A stretch of 64,000 bases of DNA from Candidatus Cloacimonadales bacterium (GCA_963678315.1 OY782781.1:1216001-1280000), one strand, 5' to 3'; positions 20,904 to 33,230 are shown, numbered from the stretch's first letter. Numbers and translations: made by a program. Notes: generated by a model from the sequence alone, not told the origin.

Positions 20904-21157
20904 AAAAATTATTTAACTCTGGCAAGTAAAAATATATGAAAACCTTTGATAACACAATAAATGATGTTTTAACAGTGTGTATATTACACTGTTAATAAAT
21001 ATTTTACTGATAACGTCTGTTCACACGCATTTTATAAAAAATATTATAACTAAAAGAACAAAATGTTGGTTTTTGTTCAAAACTATTGGGTCAAAAATGA
21101 AAAAGAGAGTGATGATAATCAACACTCTCATAGTTATTATTTTAGATTTTACTTAGT

Positions 21158-23596
21158 TTATTTAGTTTCTTCTGTGAAATCGTAAGGTGTTTTATAAAGA
21201 ATAGTCTCTTCTGATAATTCAGATACTTGTTTCTCGAGGCTTATCAATTTCTTCAATATAGGGTTTGAGAAAACTGAGAATAGAGGAGAGCTAGAACTAT
21301 CAAGTTCAACCTCAAACATACTATTGTTTTTAACACCCATTTCTATCAAGTTCATTTCATTGTTAGTGCCAAGCATGTTTTTCATATCAGCAATAGCTAC
21401 TTCAAATCCTCCTAGTTTATCAACTAGACCGTTTTTAAGTGCTTGCTTGCCTGTCCATACTTGTCCCATAGCTATTTTATTAGTTTCTTCATAGCTCATA
21501 TCTCTGGAATTAGCAACAGTTGATACAAATCTTTTATATGATGAATGGATAAAGTTTTTGAACATTTCTTTTTCTGCAGGAGTCATTTCTCTTGTTACAG
21601 AACCGAAAGTTGCATTATCTCCAAACTTAAATTCTGACCAATTAACACCTACTTTACGTGATACTCTAGCGAAGTTAGGCATCATACCAATAACCCCAAT
21701 TGAACCGGTTATTGTTGTAGGTTCAGCTATAATCTCATCAGCATGAGTAGAAATATAATAGCCACCAGAAGCTGCAACACCAGACATCAATGCAATAATA
21801 GGTTTCTTGTTAGGTCCCTCAGTGCATAATCTAACTTCTTCTGCTATGATATGAGAAGCTAGGGCAGATCCACCACCAGAATCCACTCTTAAGATGATAC
21901 CATCTATCATTGGGTTATTTCTAGCATCTCTAATTGCTTTTGCAGTAGTTTCTGAACCAATAGATTTACCAGGCTGACCTTTACCAGAGATAATGTTACC
22001 AGAAGCGTAGATGACAGCAATATTGCTTTGACCAGCTTTGTGCCAGTTAGTTTCAACATATTCACCCATAGATTTAGTTTTTGTAGAAATATCAAAATTC
22101 TTAACAAGAACATCATTGAGTTCATGCCATTCTACTAATTGGTCAACTAGACCGTTATCAAGAGCATCTTGAGGATCGAAGTAAGGTCCATTGTTGATGA
22201 TAGTTTTAACGTCAGCAGAAAGCTTATGAGCTCTACCATCATGGATCATTTTAACCATTTCTTCATAAATGTCACCATAGAGTCTTTCTAATACAAGTCT
22301 TTCTTGCTCTGTCATTTCTGATTCAGAGAACATGTTTCCAGCTGTTTTATAAGGATGGCTTCTAAAATTATAGAAGTCAACACCAAGCTTATCTAACAAG
22401 TCTTTTACATAAGGTTGAGCTCCACCTAAACCGCTAAGAGAAACCATTCCCTCTGGGTTTAAATAGATTGCATCAGCAATATTAGCAGCAAATGCGTAGT
22501 TAGCATTAGATATGTTTTCATAATAGAAAACTAGATATTTACCTGCGTTTTTAAATTCATGAAGCGCTGTAAGTAGTTCTTGTCTTTTAGCAAATGAAGC
22601 TCCGAAATTGTTGTTAGTGAATATAATTCCACCAATTTCTTTGTCATTAGTAGCTTGTTTAATTTTGTCTAAAAGAGGTAGCATTCTTGTGTTCTTATCT
22701 AATTTGATAGTGATAGGACCAATATTCATTTTAGAGTTTTCATCTACAATTGCTGAACCAATACCTAGGTCGAGGAATTTCTTTGTAGTAAATAAGTTAT
22801 GTTTAGAAAAAAGCTTCTCATTGATAGTTACATAAGCATAGCCACCATCTTCAATCTCTTCATTTCTTTCACTGGATTCATCATCATAGATATTGAAGAA
22901 TCCACCAGTAGATAACTTGAAATTGGTTAAAGAGAAGTTAAGGCCTATTTCTTCTAACTCAGTATTATATGTACCACCAATAGATAGGGCATTCATTAGA
23001 TTGAATTTTAGACCTACTGTAGGCATTTCGAATCCACGTTCCTGATCTTCTGTCTCGTTACCCATCCCTGCATCTACTGATAGTTCGATTCCATCAGCGA
23101 AAGATCCAGAAGTAATAGGTCTTAAGGCTAAACCAAGTCTATGCTGAGGTTTTAAATCGTTAGGGTGTTCAAGAACATAACCTAAAGATAAGAAGTTGGC
23201 AGGACGGTACAACATTGAAGTCTTTAAATTTCCTTCTTTAAATGATCCAGAACGCCAGTTCCAGGCATAACCGAGGTAGAGGTTTCTAAGGACTGAACTT
23301 TGTCCAAAGTTATTACCTGATGCAAAGGTCTGATATGTACCTTCTTCTACATCTTCAAAAATGTATTCAAAACCGTGTTGCTTGTAGAATATTGCATAAT
23401 CATCTTCAAAGTCATTTTTAGTATATTTTTGCATATATGTTAATGAGAAGTTGTCATTAAAAGCTAATGCTGCAGGATTAACTAATCCAGATAAAAAGTT
23501 ATCTGTTGTTGCTACAGATTGATTACTAAAGTCAGCTGATGTTGCTGAAATTAAAGTTACTAAGCATAAAAATGCTAATAAAATAGTTTTTTTCAT
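21158..23596 (-). CDS. sppA: Signal peptide peptidase SppA (S49) with a long N-terminal extension
   Basis: RVDSGGGSA, AASGGYY, TITGSIGV, two S49 domains, N-terminal signal peptide. Confidence 0.9.
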   Translation of the reverse strand: MKKTILLAFLCLVTLISATSADFSNQSVATTDNFLSGLVNPAALAFNDNFSLTYMQKYTKNDFEDDYAIFYKQHGFEYIFEDVEEGTYQTFASGNNFGQSSVLRNLYLGYAWNWRSGSFKEGNLKTSMLYRPANFLSLGYVLEHPNDLKPQHRLGLALRPITSGSFADGIELSVDAGMGNETEDQERGFEMPTVGLKFNLMNALSIGGTYNTELEEIGLNFSLTNFKLSTGGFFNIYDDESSERNEEIEDGGYAYVTINEKLFSKHNLFTTKKFLDLGIGSAIVDENSKMNIGPITIKLDKNTRMLPLLDKIKQATNDKEIGGIIFTNNNFGASFAKRQELLTALHEFKNAGKYLVFYYENISNANYAFAANIADAIYLNPEGMVSLSGLGGAQPYVKDLLDKLGVDFYNFRSHPYKTAGNMFSESEMTEQERLVLERLYGDIYEEMVKMIHDGRAHKLSADVKTIINNGPYFDPQDALDNGLVDQLVEWHELNDVLVKNFDISTKTKSMGEYVETNWHKAGQSNIAVIYASGNIISGKGQPGKSIGSETTAKAIRDARNNPMIDGIILRVDSGGGSALASHIIAEEVRLCTEGPNKKPIIALMSGVAASGGYYISTHADEIIAEPTTITGSIGVIGMMPNFARVSRKVGVNWSEFKFGDNATFGSVTREMTPAEKEMFKNFIHSSYKRFVSTVANSRDMSYEETNKIAMGQVWTGKQALKNGLVDKLGGFEVAIADMKNMLGTNNEMNLIEMGVKNNSMFEVELDSSSSPLFSVFSNPILKKLISLEKQVSELSEETILYKTPYDFTEETK

Positions 23597-23604
23597 CTTA
23601 TCTC

Positions 23605-24459
23605 CTATTGTTTTATTTTTATAATCTCACTATCTTGGAAAGTACAACCTTCCATATCTTTCGCTAATCTAATTAAGGCCTCAAAACTAAATACAGGACT
23701 TGATATTAATTTTACTATATTGTCAGAATCATCAAGCATCTTATCAAACTCGAAACTAAACAAATCAATTTTATTACCTGAATAGTCGATGTTAGATTCT
23801 TTTATATTATTTTCGAATTCAAGAGATACATAAAATTTCATACCTTCTGCAAATACTTTCATGAATTGTAACTGGTCATTAACTTGATCTTGATTATCAG
23901 ATATACCTTTTTGGATATCTTCCATTGCTTTTTTCTGCTCTTTATTCCTATTCTCATAAGCTTTTTGGGAGAGTTTTAGTAATCTTGCGAAATCATTAAC
24001 AATGATAATCTCATTTGAACCTTCAGAATCTAATTTACTAAAGGAAAAACCGAGCTGATTATGTTTATTAGAATCAACAACACCCTCATCACTTTGAATT
24101 TTAAGGTTATTTATTGCATGGTTAAAAGTATCACTATTGATTTTTACATTTGATATATCATTGAATTTATAGACAGTTCTATATCCACGTTGTTTGTCAT
24201 AGTTAAGCTTCTCGGATGATTTAACAACAACACTATCTCCAAAGTTTCTACTTCTTGAAAGCAGTTCTTCTTCTGCATTGTTAATCAAATCGTTGTTTGG
24301 AAAGGATAAATTAATAAGATTGAATGCTTGTTTTTTTATTAAGAATTCTTCAACAATCTCTCCAGAACCATTTTCATTTACTTTTACTGTGATACCATAT
24401 TCAATACAACCAGTTAGTAAAATTGTTGCTAGTGACAATAATAAGATTAGCTTTTTCAT
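23605..24459 (-). CDS. Lipoprotein of unknown function
   Basis: Lipobox LTG-C followed by a V.VNENGSG motif. Confidence 0.7.
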   Translation of the reverse strand: MKKLILLLSLATILLTGCIEYGITVKVNENGSGEIVEEFLIKKQAFNLINLSFPNNDLINNAEEELLSRSRNFGDSVVVKSSEKLNYDKQRGYRTVYKFNDISNVKINSDTFNHAINNLKIQSDEGVVDSNKHNQLGFSFSKLDSEGSNEIIIVNDFARLLKLSQKAYENRNKEQKKAMEDIQKGISDNQDQVNDQLQFMKVFAEGMKFYVSLEFENNIKESNIDYSGNKIDLFSFEFDKMLDDSDNIVKLISSPVFSFEALIRLAKDMEGCTFQDSEIIKIKQ

Positions 24460-24471
24460 AATAACTCCTAA

Positions 24472-25350
24472 CTAGTCTATGCGTCTTATTTTATGGAAAT
24501 ATGTAGCTGCTGCTAACAAGCCAAAAGAAGCAACAAATAGGATAAAACCATCAAAGCTAAAAAGGTTAGCAACTAGATTGTTGCTGACTGCTATTACACC
24601 ACTATCAATGCTTGTTTGAGATAAGAAAGTTCTAGCTAGTTCTTCACTATCAATCAACTTTGCACCGGTGAAAGAAGGATTTATCAGCCATCTACTAAAG
24701 TACTCAGATAATGTTTCTATTTTCACATCACTTATTAAATCAATAATCTTTAAGAAAATATTCAATCCAATTATTGTTCCAAAGAACTTAATAAATACTT
24801 TCTTCTTAATAATTGCTGATAGAAGCATATAAAGTGAACTTGTAACAACTAAAAATGGTAATGTGAATATTGAAATTCCAATTGTTAAATGAATTAAGGA
24901 CCAAAGAGAAATTTCTGATTCATTACCTAAGAAAGCATTAGCTATTAGAATATTGATTATTGATAGCAAGATACTACTTACCCATGGAATCATGGTTGAA
25001 ACTAAGAACTTAGATGAAACTAGTTTCCAAGATGGTATTGGTAAGCATCTATAAAAAACCTCACACTTATGTCTTATTCCATCATTTAACGATGTCGGAG
25101 ACATAATCACTATTGCCAATGATACTAGCATTCCATAGAGCCACAGGTTGCTTAGAAATACTGCAACTAGTCCAAATAGAGGAATATTAATATTTTCAAA
25201 GTTAAATTCATTGCTGTTTAGGTTAATACCCCATTTCATATCTACAAACACAATTACTGCATAAAGGAATATTGTAACGATTAAAGGGAGTATTAATGTC
25301 CATTTACTTAATCTTACATCTCTAACTAATAGACTTTTAAATTGTTTCAT
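24472..25350 (-). CDS. ABC-2 type transporter permease
   Basis: Six hydrophobic segments, FYRCLP...VSSKF motif, coupled to the ABC ATPase. Confidence 0.75.
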   Translation of the reverse strand: MKQFKSLLVRDVRLSKWTLILPLIVTIFLYAVIVFVDMKWGINLNSNEFNFENINIPLFGLVAVFLSNLWLYGMLVSLAIVIMSPTSLNDGIRHKCEVFYRCLPIPSWKLVSSKFLVSTMIPWVSSILLSIINILIANAFLGNESEISLWSLIHLTIGISIFTLPFLVVTSSLYMLLSAIIKKKVFIKFFGTIIGLNIFLKIIDLISDVKIETLSEYFSRWLINPSFTGAKLIDSEELARTFLSQTSIDSGVIAVSNNLVANLFSFDGFILFVASFGLLAAATYFHKIRRID

Positions 25351-26188
25351 TTTTGTTCTCCAATCTGTATAAGAATATCTGTGCAAGATTAGGAATTGAT
25401 TCCTTGAATCCTTCTAGTTTGCTATTTCTTGGAACAACTACTTCTAAGGCACTTAATCCTTCTGTAACTATCTTATGTGGAAGTCCATTTAATTGATCTC
25501 TTTCTGAAGCATCTATTGTGATTAACTTATAGTATGTTAGAATATTATCTATAGAATCTTCTAGGATTACTTTCCCTTCATCTATTATGATTAAGTCATG
25601 AAGAATATGTTCAACTTCTTCAATCTGGTGAGTTGATACTAAAATTGTTCTCTCTTCATTATAGAAAGAACTTAGTATGGTATTGTAGAATTCGTTTCTG
25701 GCTAAGATATCTAAACCTAAAGTTGGTTCATCTAATATAAGAAAACTTACATCTAAAGATAATACTAATATTAAATACAGTTTTGTTTTCATTCCTTTAG
25801 ATAATTTACCTATCTTTCTGTTCAGAGGAAGTGTGCTTTGAGAAAAAAGATGTTGAAATCTTTCCTCATTCCACTTTGGGTGTACTCCTCTGAAGAAATC
25901 AATAAAGTGACTTACTTTGAATCTAGCATCTAAACTGTTAATATCTGGTATGAAGGCAGTATCTTCAAATACCTTACTGTCCATAAATTTTACTGGTTTC
26001 CCTGATATCTCAATTTCTCCATTAAACTTAGAAAAACCAATAATACATCTCATAAGTGTTGATTTACCTGCACCATTCTTGCCTAATAAACCAACTATTC
26101 TTCCCTTGTTTATTGTAACACTTGCATTATTTAAAGCCTTTACATGCTTATAATTTTTGGTTACATTTTTTACATCAACTAACTTCAT
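25337..26188 (-). CDS. ABC transporter ATP-binding protein
   Basis: GKNGAGKS Walker A, LSKGMK signature, LDEP, STH. Confidence 0.93.
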   Translation of the reverse strand: MKLVDVKNVTKNYKHVKALNNASVTINKGRIVGLLGKNGAGKSTLMRCIIGFSKFNGEIEISGKPVKFMDSKVFEDTAFIPDINSLDARFKVSHFIDFFRGVHPKWNEERFQHLFSQSTLPLNRKIGKLSKGMKTKLYLILVLSLDVSFLILDEPTLGLDILARNEFYNTILSSFYNEERTILVSTHQIEEVEHILHDLIIIDEGKVILEDSIDNILTYYKLITIDASERDQLNGLPHKIVTEGLSALEVVVPRNSKLEGFKESIPNLAQIFLYRLENKNETI

Positions 26189-26565
26189 TTATCCCCCTTG
26201 AAGTAACGTTGTTTTATTTCTTCAATTATAATTTCTAAATCTATATCAATTATTTTGGCTTTAGCTACGAAATCGGTTAAAACATTATTTAAGAATTTTT
26301 TCTTTTTTTCCTCTAATAACTTCTTCCTGGCACCATTGTTAACAAAAAAACCTCTTCCTCTCTTCTTATAGATAATTGCAGAAGATTCTAACTCAGTGTA
26401 AGCATTACTTATAGTATTTGGATTCACCTTATACTGAGCAGACAGACCGCGAATGGAAGGGATTTGTTCTTCTTCCTTCAAACGGTTAGCTAAAATAGCT
26501 TCTTCTATCTCTTCTCTAATCTGTAGGTAGATAGGAATGTCATTTTTAAAATTTATCATCATCAC
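26185..26565 (-). CDS. GntR family (YtrA subfamily) regulator
   Basis: PIYLQI, PSIR.L...VNPNT...AY..L, RGRGFFV. Short C-terminus, upstream of ABC genes. Confidence 0.92.
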   Translation of the reverse strand: MMMINFKNDIPIYLQIREEIEEAILANRLKEEEQIPSIRGLSAQYKVNPNTISNAYTELESSAIIYKKRGRGFFVNNGARKKLLEEKKKKFLNNVLTDFVAKAKIIDIDLEIIIEEIKQRYFKGDK

Positions 26566-26573
26566 CTCTTATG

Positions 26574-26607
26574 GTGTTATAGTTAAGTGGTACACTAAAT
26601 ATGTCAA
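26574..26607 (-). promoter_or_regulatory. Promoter with a putative YtrA-type operator
   Basis: TTGACA on the minus strand followed by the imperfect palindrome GTGTACCACTTAACTATAACAC just upstream of the RBS. Confidence 0.5.
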
Positions 26608-26873
26608 GCAATATCTTTAAATTGTCCAAAATAGACTCCTTTTAGTTGCAAGATCTACTGAAAAAGTGAAGTATTTTTAGTTTGAAAATACTTTGTAAAT
26701 ACCTGTAGATTAAGACTATTAAAGGTTTTTTAGAATAATAAAGACTTATGATAAAAATTATCTTGACAATAATCTAAAGTGACTTAATATGAATTTGAAT
26801 TGTTATGAATATGTATGTAATTAATAAAAAATAAAAAAAACTTTTATATATTTGTTAGCAAGAGAGGAGAAAT

Positions 26874-27947
26874 ATGAAAAAGATTGTTTTAAGTTTGATG
26901 TTTATGATTATAAGTTTGGGACTGTTTGGAGCTGTGTTAACCATAAATTCTGTTGATTTTTATGGTTCTAGTGGTGTTGGTGATTATCAAATAGCATCTG
27001 GAGAATCATGTGTAATTGTAATTGATTATACTGCTACAGATGTAGTGTTGCCATTCTTACTATATACAGAAATTGATTCAAAATTAGGTGAAGGTGGGAG
27101 TGTTAATTATACATATGTTTCTACAAGTGGTTTTGATAGTAGCATTGGAACTAATGTAGTCGATACATTATCATTCACAATGCCGAGTTTGTCTGGAGAT
27201 GCAATTAGTGATGATAATTTCGAAATATATGTATATCTTGAAGATGGTAATAATAATCCAAGACTAAGAGTTAGTGATCAATCAATAACAGATGTTCAGG
27301 CGTCATACCTTGACAATACCCTCCCAGTAGAACTTTCATCATTTGATGCTGTATTGTTATCTACTAATGATGGTGTTAAACTTGATTGGGTTGTTGAGTC
27401 TGAATCAGGTGTTTCAGGATATTATATCTATAGAAACACTTTGAATGATTTAGAAAGTGCAATTCAAATTCCTGCATTTATACCTTCATTAAATGTAGAA
27501 CAACAACATACTTATTCTTTTACTGATTATGAAATTGAAAATAATACTCAATATTTCTATTGGTTAAAGAGTATAGATTTGAGTAATGAATTTGAATTCT
27601 TCGGTCCTGTATTAGTTACTATTGGTTCTACAAATGGAGATAATGATACTCCTGACTATTTCTACGGTACTGACCTTTATGCAAACTATCCTAACCCATT
27701 TAATCCAACTACAACAATTAGCTATTCTGTTGATAATCCTCAACATGTTAATATCTCTGTTTATAATGTGAAAGGTCAGCTTGTTAAGGTTTTATTGGAC
27801 CAACAAGTAACAGATGCTAAAGTAAAACACTCTGTTAACTGGAATGGAACAGATTCTAACAGAAATAAAGTTTCATCTGGAATCTATTTTACTGTTATGA
27901 AAACTAGAGATGATGTGAAAACTAATAAAATGGTGTTATCTAAATAA
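26874..27947 (+). CDS. Secreted protein with C-terminal FlgD-Ig / T9SS-A-like sorting domain
   Basis: Signal peptide, LPVELSSF motif, NYPNPFNPTT...YNVKGQLV...SSGIYF...KMVLSK tail. Confidence 0.8.
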   Translation: MKKIVLSLMFMIISLGLFGAVLTINSVDFYGSSGVGDYQIASGESCVIVIDYTATDVVLPFLLYTEIDSKLGEGGSVNYTYVSTSGFDSSIGTNVVDTLSFTMPSLSGDAISDDNFEIYVYLEDGNNNPRLRVSDQSITDVQASYLDNTLPVELSSFDAVLLSTNDGVKLDWVVESESGVSGYYIYRNTLNDLESAIQIPAFIPSLNVEQQHTYSFTDYEIENNTQYFYWLKSIDLSNEFEFFGPVLVTIGSTNGDNDTPDYFYGTDLYANYPNPFNPTTTISYSVDNPQHVNISVYNVKGQLVKVLLDQQVTDAKVKHSVNWNGTDSNRNKVSSGIYFTVMKTRDDVKTNKMVLSK

Positions 27948-28030
27948 AACAAAACTTCGTAAAATAAATATTGACGCTTTTATAAGCGTCTTTTTTTTAT
28001 ATGTAATTTATTAGATCTAAGGAGAATAGA

Positions 28031-28465
28031 ATGTTAAAAAAAGTAACTGTTGAAACAAGTTTAGCTGGCAACATGGTAATTAATGTAAAAACAGGCAATC
28101 ACTCAATGCTTATTGACCAACCAAAAGCTGGTGGTGGGGAAGATAAAGGTCCAACACCATTACAATATTTCTTAACAGCTCTTGCAGGTTGTATTGGTAG
28201 TATTTCACTTATTATTGCAAAACAAAGAAGAATAAATCTTACTAAATGTGACGTAAAGGTTGAAGGTGAATTAGATACTGATGTTTTAATGGGTAAATCT
28301 AATGATTCAAGAGCAGGATTCCAATGGATGAAGGTTTATGTTGACCTTGATGCGGAAGGTATGACAGCTGAAGATAGAAAAGTATTTATTCATGAAGTTG
28401 ATGAAAGATGCCCTATTTCTGACAATATTGCTAATACATCTAAAATTGAATTTATCGTCGAATAA
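28031..28465 (+). CDS. OsmC family protein
   Basis: IDQP..GGG.DKGPTP, LAGC and CPIS conserved cysteines. Confidence 0.9.
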   Translation: MLKKVTVETSLAGNMVINVKTGNHSMLIDQPKAGGGEDKGPTPLQYFLTALAGCIGSISLIIAKQRRINLTKCDVKVEGELDTDVLMGKSNDSRAGFQWMKVYVDLDAEGMTAEDRKVFIHEVDERCPISDNIANTSKIEFIVE

Positions 28466-28469
28466 ATTT

Positions 28470-28615
28470 ACTGGGAGTGTAGCCATCCCTGGCTAAGCAA
28501 TTCAAGAAGACTGGGAGTGTAGCCATCCTTGGCTAGACCAAGATGGTTGTGTACACAGAAAGAAACCGGTGATGTAAGCATCCGAGCAGTTGCCGGACAC
28601 GATCCTTGCTTACAT
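28470..28615. repeat. REP-like tandem repeats between convergent osmC and groL
   Basis: ACTGGGAGTGTAGCCATCCYTGGCTA twice at a 40-bp period. Its reverse complement matches the GGATGCTTACACTCC family. Confidence 0.7.
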
Positions 28616-28627
28616 AATATATTGTAT

Positions 28628-28659
28628 AAAAAGAAGGACAGGTTTTTAAGCCTGTCCTT
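28628..28659 (-). terminator. Intrinsic terminator of groL
   Basis: AAGGACAGG...CCTGTCCTT hairpin with a T-run on the minus strand. Confidence 0.75.
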
Positions 28660-28684
28660 GTTATGTTATTAGATTATTAATCTA

Positions 28685-30352
<1,668 letters not shown>

Positions 30353-30368
30353 TTATTTTCATTTTAAT

Positions 30369-30395
30369 TTAGCAATCAAGCTTTCTGTTTGCTAA
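30369..30395. promoter_or_regulatory. CIRCE-like operator (HrcA) upstream of groL
   Basis: TTAGCAATC-N9-GTTTGCTAA versus consensus TTAGCACTC-N9-GAGTGCTAA. It lies just downstream of a minus-strand TTGACA at 30416-30421. Confidence 0.75.
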
Positions 30396-30491
30396 TTAAT
30401 ATCATTCTGTAATTTTGTCAAATGTTTTTTTTATTTATTTTTAAAATCCTAGCTGTTTCTATTCTGTTCTCATATATAGAGATTCTTAAGA

Positions 30492-30757
30492 GCCTCCTGC
30501 ACTAAATTGCTATTTTATGCTGGTGGGGCAAGGGCACATAGGCAGTTAGGAGTTAGGAGTGAGGGTTAGAAGTTACTGGGAACGCTCGGCTGCTAGCCGG
30601 CAAAACACTGGGAACGCTCAGCTGCTAGCTGGCAAAGAATTGATAATGTAGAATTAAGAATTAAACTTGTAACCCCGAAGGGGTGGCATATATTAGCATG
30701 GGGTCTTGTACCCCATGTAAATAAGAAATAAAATCAAGCCCTGAAAGGGCGACATAA
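30492..30757. repeat. REP-like palindrome cluster homologous to 17907-18345
   Basis: GCCTCCTGCA...GGGGCAAGGGCA...TTAGGAGTTAGG, two ACTGGGAACGCTC units, CCCCGAAGGGGTGG.ATAT..TAGCATGG, GCCCTGAAAGGGCGACATAAA. Confidence 0.8.
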
Positions 30758-30934
30758 ATAGTCAATTGTTGATATGAAGGGCTGCTCGTCTAGATTGGAG
30801 ATAGATAAATAAAAACAATACAAAAATTAACTATTATTCGACTTCTGACATTGGCGAGACTCTTTGCTTTATCCCAAATAATGCACTAGAGCTTGAATAA
30901 TATGCACTTTTTTCGTCAAGTCTAATACTTCATC

Positions 30935-32513
30935 TTAGCATACCCCCATTTTTTTTAAGTAAAATTGATTCGTAGTTGTAACTTATCATGATATTCACCT
31001 TTATGAGGTACCATTTTCTTTAATTTAGAATTACTAAATATATTTTTTATTATTCTACTAAGTTTTTAATACACATAGGTATGCTTTATATTTTTTAGAC
31101 TACCAAACTCCGGATATTGGTACAAAAGATCATCAATATACCTTATCGAAGAATAAACAATATCTACCTCAACCATCAAAATAGTATTAATGTTTTTTAG
31201 TCCTATATAAGACATTAATTGAACACTTTCCCAGTTAAATTCTTGTTTTATATGTCTATGAAACTCTTCAATTTTCCACCTTTTTCTATATCCTCGTAGA
31301 GTTTTCAATATAACCTCATAATCAGTTAAACTATCATCGTTAAAATTGCACAAGAAATAAAATAGTCCCCCTTTTTTACCATATCTTGCAATAACAAGAT
31401 TTGCCTCAACTGTGTCTGGGTATTTTCTTTTGTGAGGATTGGTTCTTATCTTAACTTTTTTTACTCCACATCTTAAAACTGTTTTATCAGAAGTTATAAC
31501 TTTATGTTTTAGTTTAACTTGCTTAACCACCGATACAAAATCAATTTCTTTATCATCAACAATGAGATCTCTTCTACCTGTACTTCGAAGTATATAGTTG
31601 TTTTCGTTTTGGGTGAGTAAATTTATTAGTTTGCGACTATCATAGCCTCTATCAAAAACAAAAGTTCCTTTGTTATTGCTGTGAATGGTAATATCTATAA
31701 TTTTATCTTCAAGCATGTTTTTTGAAGTGTCTTCCTCTATCTTGTTGCTATATAACTTACTACATATAGGTAATATCGAATGATATTTACCATTATCTGT
31801 TAATGAAGTGATGTTGAATAAATGATAACCTTTAACACGTTTCCCCGTAGATCCATCTCTAACTACTGATAGACCTTCTAATTTATTAGATCTTGGCTTA
31901 ACAATATCCGAGTCATCAACAATAAAATAGGTATCTTTCGTAGCTTTTGAACAGTTTGATTTTAATATATTATCACTAACTATATTTCCAAGCTTTTCTT
32001 TCTTAAGGTTTCTATATAATCTTTCACACACTTTGTCTAAACTAATGCTTTCATGTAAAGAAGTAGCTATCTGCCTTACTATTATTGAACCTGAAGAAAT
32101 AATGCCTTTAGTTATGTCTTTCAATGCTTTATATTCAGGCAGACTTAATCCTTGTGCATACTTTTTTACTTTTTTGGAAAATTTCCCTTGCAATTTTACA
32201 ACACTATTTTTTACTAATTTCATATTTAGAGAGCTCCCTATTTTTTGTTTTGTAGTAAATTCAATTTATTTAAGGAGCTCTTCTTTTTCAATAAATATTT
32301 TAATTTATTTTATTATTTATCAATTACTTATATCCCCTCGAAAAATGGCTTAATATTAGCCTTTTCTGGGAAGTTAAATTAAAATTTAATCATAAAGTTG
32401 ATTTTTGAAATACATGCCGTAAATCTAATTTTTACCTGACAAACTATATCTCTAGAATACTTATTCACTCTTAGTTAGCTCTTTGGCTATATGGTTTTTT
32501 GGGGGTATGCTTG
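30935..32513 (-). mobile_element. Insertion sequence (IS4-like DDE clan), 1,579 bp
   Basis: Terminal inverted repeats TTAGCATACCCCCA / TGGGGGTATGCTTG, flanked by a 12-bp direct repeat TAATACTTCATC (30923-30934 and 32514-32525). Confidence 0.92.
30955..32223 (-). pseudogene. DDE transposase with a probable premature stop at 31066-31068
   Basis: IVDDSD, DRGYD, RWKIEEFHR motifs. The frame stays open for 36 more codons after the TAA, to a stop beside the terminal IR. Confidence 0.75.
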
Positions 32514-32680
32514 TAATACTTCATCTGGGTTCAATAACGATAACCAAGTTCTTTGCTAGGTATTAAAATGTATTTAAGTTCAATTATAACAGTACTATAG
32601 AAATGTAAAAATAATAAATAAGTTATTGACAAAAATGTATCTATTTTGAAAAAATAGCAATAAGAAAGGAGAACGAGATA

Positions 32681-33214
32681 ATGAAAACTAGAAATATTGT
32701 ATTAATTGCAATGATAGCTATACTTTTATCTATGGTATCATTGTACGCTACAGGTCACAGTGGCCATTGTGGAAAATGTGAAGGTCATTCAGAAATTGAA
32801 GAAGTTGAAGTAACTGGAAGAGTCACAAAAACCGATACTTGCTTAACCTTAACAGAGCAGGGAAAGGAAACAGTTTTAAAGCTTGTATTCTCTGAAGAAA
32901 TGGAAGCAAAGGCAGATTCAATAGACACTCAAAGTATTTATACATTTAAGGGTAAATTATCAAATAGTGGAAAAACTATTTTTGTTAGTCAGTTTAGTGA
33001 GTTAACTCAAACTAAAACAGCAGGCTATCAGGTAATCCCTGAAAAATGTATAGGTTGTCGATTATGTGTGAGAAATTGTCCAGAAAATGCTATCAAAATG
33101 GTAGATGGGAAAGCAGTAATTGACCAAGAAAAATGTGTTGATTGTGGAATTTGTAAAGATGGTAACGGGAAGTTTAAGGGTTGCCCAGTAAAAGCAATTG
33201 AAAAAAGCAAATAA
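32681..33214 (+). CDS. Exported 2x[4Fe-4S] ferredoxin-domain protein
   Basis: Sec-type signal peptide, His/Cys-rich GHSGHCGKCEGH, a beta-rich domain, then CIGCRLCVRNCP and CVDCGIC-x8-CP. Confidence 0.85.
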   Translation: MKTRNIVLIAMIAILLSMVSLYATGHSGHCGKCEGHSEIEEVEVTGRVTKTDTCLTLTEQGKETVLKLVFSEEMEAKADSIDTQSIYTFKGKLSNSGKTIFVSQFSELTQTKTAGYQVIPEKCIGCRLCVRNCPENAIKMVDGKAVIDQEKCVDCGICKDGNGKFKGCPVKAIEKSK

Positions 33215-33230
33215 GAATTGAAGTGGAGAT

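Noticed and set aside
28470..28535. Two 26-bp direct repeats as a mini-CRISPR
   Set aside because: The spacer is only 14 bp and the unit belongs to the dispersed REP-like family.
31066..31068. Programmed readthrough or recoding in the transposase
   Set aside because: The stop is TAA with no evident recoding signal. A point mutation or sequencing error is simpler.
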